Below are positions 1 to 6,502 of a stretch of DNA of 6,502 nucleotides, piece after piece. How positions within the stretch are numbered: the first letter of the stretch is position 1; each line of letters opens with the position of its first letter. The translations under genes were made by a program, and so were the position numbers. Origin of the DNA: Octopus sinensis (taxonomy: Eukaryota); NCBI RefSeq assembly GCF_006345805.1, contig NW_021829331.1:1-6502 (forward strand), in the 5' to 3' direction. The notes under the pieces were generated by a model, which saw nothing but the letters and a program-made list of their open reading frames with translations, searched no databases and was not told where the DNA came from.

Positions 1-5
1 GTTCA

Positions 6-136
6 ATGTGCGTGCATGTGTGTCTGTGTGTGAGTGTGTGTGTGTGTGGACGTGTGTCTGTGTTTGTGTCACTATGTGTGTGTGTGTGTGGTCGTGTGTC
101 CGTGTCTGTGTCACTGTGTACGCACGTGCGTGTATG
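6..136. repeat. Degenerate (TG)n/(TGTC)n microsatellite
   Basis: Near-continuous TG alternation interrupted by TC/CG units, read directly. Confidence 0.9.
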
Positions 137-351
137 TATTAATGATTGTCTCACGAAGTTATATAATTTATATTTTTTTTTTAAATTTGCCCTCAGTGCT
201 AAATCATTTGGTATATATGGATAATGGCTGTATCGTCGGAGACGTTATGATACGATCAAGAATAATATTGATGATAAGGAGATAAGGACCACAGATGTCA
301 GTTTTCTATCTGGGAGAAACATCTATGTGGGTACGGATAAATAAATTAGTT

Positions 352-377
352 GTGCGCGCGCGCGTGCGTGTGTGAGT
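352..377. repeat. Short (GC)n-(GT)n compound microsatellite
   Basis: tgtgcgcgcgcgcgtgcgtgtgtgag read directly. Confidence 0.8.
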
Positions 378-390
378 GTTTGTAAATAAA

Positions 391-544
391 TGTGTGTACA
401 TATATATATATGTATATAGTTAGCTAGATAGATAGATATAGAGAGAGAGACACACAAATATATATATGTATAAACATATATGCAATTTATTCATGTATAT
501 GTATGTACATGTATATATATATATATTATGTATGTATATATGTA

Positions 545-575
<31 letters not shown>

Positions 576-736
576 ATGTATATATATATATATGCAATTT
601 GTGCACAAGTAAGCCTCACACACGTGTATACACACACAGACACATATGTGTGTGTGTGTGTATGTATATATATATATACATTTATGCATATACCCATATA
701 TATATATATGCAATTTATTTATATCTAAATGTACTT

Positions 737-767
<31 letters not shown>

Positions 768-870
768 CATTACACATTTACACACACATATACACATATT
801 CTTAGATAACGCATACATAACTACATACATACTACACACGCGTGTATACACGTATGCATTTCGATATGCA
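391..870. repeat. Long compound (TA)n/(CA)n/(TG)n/(GA)n microsatellite field
   Basis: About 480 bp, mostly alternating purine-pyrimidine, with a short GATA/GA block at about 426-450. It explains the Y/I/H/T/C/V-rich ORFs at 420-879. Confidence 0.95.
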
Positions 871-1117
871 TATTGTTAAATGTTAAATGTATTGTAGGGT
901 GTAACAGTGATGAAGTCGTTGGTGACAAAGTTTGGTCTGTTATGGAAAGGTCATCTGTTGATGAAGTATATTAGTTAATAATTATTGAGTTGTATAAAGT
1001 CATGGAAGACGAGAGGAACAAGAAACGATTGTAGTAATAACAAAGGCGATTAAAAAACTTGTAATAACAATTAACGAAGAGATTAGAGATTATTATTACT
1101 TATATTAATGATAATAA

Positions 1118-1202
1118 TTTTTGGTACAGACCAATAGTTTTGAGTAAAGGGGCAGGTCGATTACATTAACCCCAGTACTTGATTGGTATCGATCCCGAAA
1201 AG
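1118..1202 (-). mobile_element. Decayed SINE fragment (3' tail plus partial CORE-like domain), copy C1
   Basis: ggtcgattacattaaccccagtacttgattggta and cgatcccgaaa align to gtcgattacatcgaccccagtgcgtaactggta and tcgacccc-gaaa of the intact copies in this window. There is an internal deletion and the tRNA head is missing. Confidence 0.7.
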
Positions 1203-1244
1203 TAATAATTATTTTTGCTTGAAATTTAGCATGAACATTTTTAT

Positions 1245-1411
1245 GGTGTAAATCGATTATTTCGACCTCGATAGTTGATTGGTACCTTATTTTACCGGTC
1301 CTGGGAGGATGTAAACAATTTTGATCTAAGTGGGATTTGAACTCAGAACGTAAAGACTTATAATAAATACTTGCAAATAATTTTTTCCAATAGTCTAGCA
1401 ACTGTGTCACC
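1245..1411 (-). mobile_element. Decayed tRNA-derived SINE, copy C2
   Basis: B-box complement GGGATTTGAACTC at 1332-1344 is followed by agaacgtaaag, as in the intact copies. Upstream aatcgattatttcgacc and ttggtaccttatttta match the CORE-like segment. Confidence 0.75.
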
Positions 1412-1439
1412 AACATCGGTATGGAATTTAAGGAATTGG

Positions 1440-1598
1440 CTCATCGATTGTAACAACAGCACTACATGTCTGCTACTTTATTTTATGGACCCTTATAGGA
1501 GGAGAGGTAAAATTGACCCCATCGAGATTTGAACTTGGAACAGAAAGAGTTGCAAGAAATGCCTCAAGGTTCTAACAACGATTTTGCTAATCCATCGC
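1440..1598 (-). mobile_element. Decayed tRNA-derived SINE, copy D
   Basis: B-box complement gagatttgaactt at 1524-1536. A-box remnant cgattttgcta at 1579-1589 (TAGCAAAATCG on the minus strand). Central tactttattttatggaccc and aggtaaaattgacc match the intact copies. Confidence 0.65.
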
Positions 1599-1733
1599 AC
1601 TTTCATCATAGGCCACAACGGCCTTTGCTTACAGTACAAAATGTGTCATACATAAAATTTTTACAAGCCATTTGGGGATGTACGCATGTATATGTATAAT
1701 ATATGTGAGACAAAAATATTATAGAAATATTTA

Positions 1734-1912
1734 ATTCTTTATTGCCCACAGGGGGTTAAACATAGAGGAGACAAACAAGGACAAAGAGATTAAGTCGATT
1801 ACATCGACCCATAGTGCGTAACTGGTACTTATTTAATCGAATCCGAAAGGATGAAAGGCAAAGTCGGCCTCGGCGGAATTTGAACTCACAACATAACGGC
1901 AGACGAAATACC
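1734..1912 (-). mobile_element. 5'-truncated SINE monomer B1 (3' unit of a tandem dimer)
   Basis: Aligns to 1913-2096 with a 184-bp offset. B-box complement GGAATTTGAACTC at 1875-1887. Lacks the A box and ends at gacgaaatacc. Confidence 0.9.
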
Positions 1913-2134
1913 CATTTCTTTACTACCCGCAAGGGGATAAATACAGAGAGGACAAACAAGGACAGACAAAGGAATTAAGTCGATTACATCGACCCCAGTG
2001 CGTAACTGGTACTTAATTTATCGACCTCAAAAGGACGAAAGGTATAGTCGACCTCGGTGGAATTTGAACTCACATCATAACGGCAGACGAAATACCGCTA
2101 AGCATTTCGCCGGCGTGCTACCGATTCTGCCAGC
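1913..2134 (-). mobile_element. Nearly full-length tRNA-derived CORE-type SINE monomer B2 (5' unit of the dimer)
   Basis: A box TGGCAGAATCGG (2132-2121) and B box GAGTTCAAATTCC (2071-2059) on the minus strand. About 84% identical to the plus-strand copy at 2956-3188 by my hand alignment. The central part resembles the CORE domain (established for octopus OR1/OR2 SINEs); the exact family name is not verified. Confidence 0.9.
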
Positions 2135-2938
2135 AGTTCTACGAATAGTTCTTTGACTTTCCTCTCTTCCTTTTAACTTTGGGTGTTGCTATTCGAAGGA
2201 TTGCCTGACAACACTTCAATGGGTGCCTTCCCTGGGTGTGCTCAGTCCAAGGCCATCTTGTTTGTATTCTATATCAATAAGGACCTACTAGATTTACTTC
2301 CAGAAGTCTAGATTTCCAGACGTAATTCGGCAGGAGTAATGCAACTCGTGGCCTCACATCAACTTCAGTGTCGCCTCTTCGGCATAAATCACTTTCTGCA
2401 AACTGAATTATCTGAATTTACCCCTGAGTATCTTCGAACCATGCAGCTTCACATATACAGTGGACAATGGTTGTTGGTTTTACCTACTGGCTATCCCTGC
2501 TGTGTACGATAATCATCATTCTTCATATTTTCAATCGGCACATTACCCACCATGTCCTTTCTCTTTAAGCTCATTTAGCATGTCCAACAAGTTTTTGTTA
2601 ATATGAGGTTCCGACACCCCAGGAAAGTGGATGCCTCTTCATGAGGAACACTTGGCTTTTGAACTGGCTCACATTTTTGTATTGCTTCTTTCTTGTCTTC
2701 CCGTCGCCTCAGCATGATGTAGAAATACTGCTGCTGCTCTTAGTCCCTGACGAGTTCTGTGCTCGAAAATAAATGTTGTAACTCAGCATCTCGGTCGACT
2801 CTTTTCTCCTTTTTTGTCTTTCTCCTCCGGGTTGAGGACCTTCAAGTAGCCTTCACCACTACATGTGTAGGCAGTTTAAACTGTCTACTTTCCCTCGATA
2901 GTGTTTCACATATAGCCTTGTGATCTTTTGGCGCCATT

Positions 2939-2953
2939 AGAATCTAAACGTCA
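2939..2953 (+). repeat. Left copy of the 15-bp target-site duplication AGAATCTAAACGTCA
   Basis: Identical to 3189-3203 and directly abuts the SINE 5' end. Confidence 0.9.
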
Positions 2954-3188
2954 AAGGCGGTGAGCTAGAAGAAACGTTAGCACGCCGGGCGAAATGTCTA
3001 GCGGCATTTCGTCTGCCGTTACGTTCTGAGTTCAAATTCCGCCGAGGTTGACTTTGCCTTTCATCCTTTCGGGGGTCGATAAATTAAGTACCAGTTACGC
3101 ATTGGGGTCGATGTAATCGACTTAATCCGTTTGTCTGTTCTTGTTTGTCCCTTCTATGTTTAGCTCCTTGTGGGCAATAAAAAAAATA
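2954..3188 (+). mobile_element. Full-length tRNA-derived CORE-type SINE, copy A, with intact TSD
   Basis: Starts (aa)ggcggtgagc. A box TAGAAGAAACG at 2966-2976, B box GAGTTCAAATTCC at 3028-3040, then the CORE-like centre and an A-rich tail, flanked by a perfect 15-bp direct repeat. Confidence 0.95.
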
Positions 3189-3203
3189 AGAATCTAAACG
3201 TCA
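3189..3203 (+). repeat. Right copy of the 15-bp target-site duplication
   Basis: Identical to 2939-2953. The first 2 nt could alternatively belong to the SINE tail. Confidence 0.9.
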
Positions 3204-3799
3204 TTATAGACCCCGCTCGACTATGTATCATTGCAGACAGCCTTCACATATATTGTCTACATTTATTATGCTGCAAAACTAACGACATGTCAAGGATCAA
3301 TGATATGTCTGGCCGGAACCCTCGTATTTATTCAACATTCATACTGCTGTACTAATCTATGGACATTTGTGTGACGCACCATCTCTACCTGTTTCTTCGT
3401 TTTATTCTACATATTTAAAACCAGACGCATACCTTTCCATGCTCTGACTCGGTCGATGGCGCACATAGCTTGTCTCATTTTTTCTTGTTTATTTTTTAAA
3501 ATTTAATTTTCGGGATCTCAAGAATTTTGGGTCGTATTCCTTGTTGCCTTTTTTTTTTTTGATTTTTTTTATTAGCATCCATCGCAAAGGTGACCCTATT
3601 GAAGCAATAATTAGCAAACCTAAATTAATTCCGGGAAAAGATCTCGTGCAATAAAAATTTTAGGTTTAGGGAAAAAGATATTTTGAAACTCTTTACAAAT
3701 GAAAAGAATTCCGCCAAAAATGGATCATTTTCCCATCGAATACTCTTTTTTTTTTCAAGACCTCCGTTATACCTCAGTTTTGAGCGTCTGTTCATGGCA

Positions 3800-3845
3800 A
3801 TCATCATCATCATCATCATCATCAACGACAACAACAATAATAATC
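3800..3845. repeat. (ATC)8-(AAC/AAT)n compound microsatellite, probably the 3' tail of SINE copy E
   Basis: Read directly. It lies at the 3' end of the minus-strand SINE remnant. Confidence 0.85.
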
Positions 3846-3849
3846 TCTA

Positions 3850-4017
3850 ATTTAAGCACAAGACCAATGATTATGAGGGGATGGGATTAGTAGATACCAC
3901 TGATTGGTTCTCACTTTAATGATCCCTGGAGAATGAAATGCAAAGCTGACAGCGGAATTTGAACTCGGAATGTAAGAAGCCAGGAAAAATACCGCTAAAC
4001 AATTTTGTCTAACTCTC
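3850..4017 (-). mobile_element. Decayed tRNA-derived SINE, copy E
   Basis: B-box complement GGAATTTGAACTC at 3954-3966, then aaataccgctaa, both matching the intact copies. gagaatgaaatgcaaagctgac matches gaaaggatgaaaggcaaagtcgac. The tail gcacaagaccaatgattatgagggg resembles that of copy C1. Confidence 0.8.
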
Positions 4018-4019
4018 AA

Positions 4020-4088
4020 ATGATGATGATGATGATGATGGTAGTGGTGGTGGTGGTGATTAACAACAACAACAACAACAACAATAAT
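4020..4088. repeat. (ATG)7-(GTG)n-(AAC)7 compound microsatellite
   Basis: Read directly. Confidence 0.95.
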
Positions 4089-4259
4089 TTCAGTTATTTC
4101 TCGAAAGGGCTCAGCTATTCACAAACTTATCACACAAAGTTTATAAGACATAAAAACGAGAAGTGGATTAAGAACACTATACGATATAAGATATTTAAAA
4201 TCTAGATGAAATCGCAAATAAGCAATAAATAGAAAGATATAGATAAACATAAATAAAAC

Positions 4260-4615
4260 TGAAGTAGCGAAAAAGATAACATCCCCACACAAATGAGAAA
4301 CTGCCATGCAGATCGAATCAGAACCCTGCATCATTTCACCGGCCTTCCATTCTTGGAACTGGAAACTAGCTCATCCTAAAATCCTTTTGAATATATTCTG
4401 TTACTCGAGGATTCCACATCCTGTGGTCTTGTCTTCAAGTGATTTTCGGCTATCGGTAATCTATCATATGAATGCTTTTTGAGTTCCATGCCCTTCTGAA
4501 TCAATACAGAGCTCACTGATCTTTCCTTCAGTTCGCTTATGAAATCTATGAGTGTCGTTGGTGTCCCATGCAGCCGTGAATCACACAGTCGCATGGTCTT
4601 GAGAGCTTTCTCTGA
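4260..4615 (-). mobile_element. Possible second decayed RTE-like RT remnant R2
   Basis: ORF 4594-4376 reads MRLCDSRLHGTPTTLIDFISELKERSVSSVL (cf. LRFADDIVL.A.T..ELQ.MI.EL...S...GL). IYSKG sits where YLG is expected, and RVLIRSAWQF near 4309 is about 93 codons downstream (cf. RRI..AW.AF). Weak by-eye match. Confidence 0.4.
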
Positions 4616-4686
4616 AGGTCATACATACCTTCGGCATAATTCTGGTCTTTTGTGTTTTTTTGTGTCTTTTGTGTGCAGCGTGTGAG

Positions 4687-4715
4687 TATTGTTGTTGTTG
4701 TTGTTGTTGTTGTTA
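4687..4715. repeat. (GTT)8 microsatellite
   Basis: Read directly. Confidence 0.95.
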
Positions 4716-4903
4716 AGCAATAAGACGGGTAAGGGTGATTAGGTGATGGTCTAGGGCTTAGGGGCAGGAGACCCCAGACCATGGAAAAAATAACTTTGGT
4801 CGTCTTGTTGTAGTCGAGGGCTCTTCGTTGACGTCCGACACCAATGGGAGGTGGCCCTCAAAGTCGCTGGAAATGGAGATCTCCAGGTTCAAATTCTTGG
4901 ACG

Positions 4904-4926
4904 CGTGTGTGTGTGTGTGTGTGTGT
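4904..4926. repeat. (GT)n microsatellite
   Basis: Read directly. Confidence 0.95.
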
Positions 4927-5230
4927 TTAATAAAACAAAACACGTAAGATTGTTTATAAGAGATATTTAGTTACACTATCTTTCGTTCGTTCCATTAATA
5001 ATTGGAGATTATTAGTTACGTAATGTAAATTAGATTATCAAGATGTACTGTCAAATCGTCAAAGACGTGTAACGTTTATATGTAGCAGTATTTGGACAGT
5101 AGAAATATTGATAGAAGTAACCATCGTAAAGATTACGTATGAAAGGTCACATGTCACTAATAATTTGACAATACATCTTATGTATACGTATGTACGTAAG
5201 TTAGAGGTGAAAATGCCTGAAAATTCATCA

Positions 5231-5295
5231 TATGTATGTAATTATATATATATGTATGTGTTGTGTGTGTTGTGTGTGTGTGTGTGTGTGTGTAT
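5231..5295. repeat. (TA)n-(TG)n compound microsatellite
   Basis: Read directly. Confidence 0.9.
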
Positions 5296-5339
5296 GCCTT
5301 TCGTGACAATTTACTACTCCTCTTAGTATCTACTACTCC

Positions 5340-6050
5340 TCCTTATCGTCACAGGACAATAGGGTGGTATTACTGAGAAGACCTCTTGAATTGCTAGTCG
5401 TTGGTTCCACAAGACGAAACCATTTCTCTGATATCCTAAAAAGTGCCATAGGTGGAGCTCCCAAATAGCAATTTATGCGTTTGTTGTTGTAGTTGCTGCC
5501 TCCGTCGTTGTCCATCACTTTCTTTCTTTGCTTTTGCAGCTCCTTTTACCCGAAAGCCCTGAAGAGGTTCTCACCTTCAACATATATCTAACTAGGGCTT
5601 TCTACTGTGCACCACCTGCTTAATTGCTTTAATTTTTACTCCCATAGTGAAATACAGCTCTGTAAATACATTAGTAAGTATTGGAGGAGATCAGAACTTG
5701 CATGTCCATGCATGTCTTCTCCGTGCCGCGAAGTTGAAGAAAAGTCTAGGATCAGTAAGTATCACAACCAAAATCTCTGATTGTGAACTTACTGCTTCGT
5801 TTTCTTATATACTGGGTATCGCCTGAGAGCAAGTATGTGGTGCCCCAACACCGTTTGTCGCCTCTGTTTTCATTGCCTTAAAGACCAAAGGCACTCGTTT
5901 ATACATCCCAACATGTTAGGCTGTGCACACATTGACCAACGTTTCTTGTAACTTCCTTCAAGAAAAACAGAATTACGTTATTCTCTTACTTGTCATTTCT
6001 CTAAGAATTTCTAGGGCATCCGTAAAACTATAGGATAGACCACCAAAGAT
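5340..6050 (-). mobile_element. Possible third decayed LINE RT remnant R3
   Basis: Minus-strand translation gives NNVILF (5982-5965; four transitions from DDIVLF), KLQETL, KTE, ILVVILTD (cf. YLGV), RRRHAW (5723-5706) and IYRAVFHYGS (5667-5638, cf. LY..V...LLYGSE) in the expected order, with frameshifts and imperfect spacing. Confidence 0.35.
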
Positions 6051-6502
6051 TGCAAAGTTCCTTGTTTACAAAACGAAATTTAAAAAAAAAGGATTTTTAT
6101 TTAGCAATTATATCTTGGTAAAATCTAACATTTTAATTGATCTCTCTCAAAGACGTCCACACACGTCCACTCACAGCAACAACGACAGCAAAAATAAATA
6201 ATATAAATATATTCGCCATGTCACTATAGCTTCTATTAAACAAGAACATGCAACGTTCTGCAGTTACCACCCAAAAGCTGATGTAAACAGAATACGACCA
6301 TCCCGTTCACAATGAAGGTGGGTCTGATACTTAGAAGCAAGTAAAATAACTTAAAGAAAACAAAACCATTTTTCTATGTATAAGAAAACAAGAAAATACA
6401 AACTAGGAATTAAGGGTAACACAGCAAATGATATTAAAATACAAAACACAAAATCAAAACGAATTCTAAAATGTAGTCAAGTAAAAATGGAGGGAAAACA
6501 CT

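Larger units (their letters stand above)
2135..3480 (-). mobile_element. Decayed non-LTR retrotransposon (RTE-like LINE) reverse-transcriptase remnant R1, interrupted by a SINE
   Basis: Hand translation after removing the SINE and one TSD copy gives colinear motifs: IDRVRAWKGMR (3457-3425, cf. FDSIDR..LWK), TRVPARHIIDP (about 3320, cf. GVRQG/GVPQG..LSP), YNDV*ILMA..SRESRQFKL (from 3208, cf. YADD.VLMA..RES.KFGL), RRREDKKEAIQK (from 2709, cf. RRRI..AKEAFQK), TCWT (cf. ETWT) and KRKRGK (about 2174-2157, cf. GKR.RGRP). Spacings roughly fit a remembered RTE consensus. Multiple stops and frameshifts; no database search was run. Confidence 0.6.

Noticed and set aside
172-345. Plus-strand acceptor at 196 with possible donors near 326-331
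   Set aside because: All three frames hit stops before the donors, and no recognisable protein results.
6-879. ORFs rich in C/V/Y/I/H/T
   Set aside because: They are translations of dinucleotide microsatellites, which lack stop codons in several frames.
898-949. Possible 52-nt exon (ttgtAG...AAG/GTCATC)
   Set aside because: Weak donor, no polypyrimidine tract and no recognisable peptide.
1105-1959. 103-aa and 67-aa minus-strand ORFs
   Set aside because: They run through SINE copies and carry no protein-family signal.
2135-2175. LINE-SINE chimera by template switching at the R1/B2 junction
   Set aside because: The LINE remnant is far more decayed than SINE B2, so separate events are more likely.
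2747-2790. Hammerhead ribozyme-like CTGACGAG...CGAAA
   Set aside because: Stem II has only one pair in the required register, no stem III with a valid NUH site forms, stem I is broken, and the motif lies antisense within the LINE RT remnant.
2956-3045. tRNA gene
   Set aside because: The A and B boxes belong to the SINE head. There is no clean cloverleaf, and the sequence continues into the SINE body.
3616-3671. 9-bp inverted repeat AAACCTAAA/TTTAGGTTT and a single TTTAGGG
   Set aside because: Short and AT-rich; expected by chance.
3625-4205. ORFs with poly-M/S/T/N/V runs
   Set aside because: The runs derive from trinucleotide microsatellites.
4874-4885. Perfect 12-bp palindrome TGGAGATCTCCA
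   Set aside because: About one to two such palindromes are expected by chance in 6.5 kb.
5551-5570. GAAA followed by CTGAAGA (permuted hammerhead core)
   Set aside because: Only 3 nt separate the two motifs, leaving no room for stems III and I.
6255-6330. Possible minus-strand small exon (THLHCERDGRILFTSAFG)
   Set aside because: Mediocre splice signals and no recognisable homology.
1-6502. CRISPR array or prokaryotic system
   Set aside because: No regularly spaced repeat-spacer units and no gene-dense organisation; the composition is typical of animal repeat-rich DNA.

Overview
AT-rich eukaryotic non-coding DNA, most likely intronic or intergenic sequence from an octopus or related coleoid cephalopod. 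The taxon is inferred from my recognition of the tRNA-headed CORE-type SINE family and from the microsatellite load. No intact protein-coding gene, tRNA, rRNA or CRISPR array is supported, and most ORF-track entries are microsatellite translations. The window holds at least seven copies of a tRNA-derived SINE: one young plus-strand copy with a perfect 15-bp target-site duplication, a minus-strand head-to-tail dimer, and four decayed minus-strand copies. It also holds many di- and trinucleotide repeats. Three minus-strand stretches translate by hand to stop- and frameshift-riddled remnants resembling the RTE-clade LINE reverse transcriptase, from the YADD region into the thumb. The best-supported remnant (about 2135-3480) is split by the young SINE exactly at its YADD-equivalent motif. 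The LINE calls are by-eye matches to remembered consensus motifs and need profile-HMM confirmation. I see retroelement layering rather than clear evidence of a new biological system.
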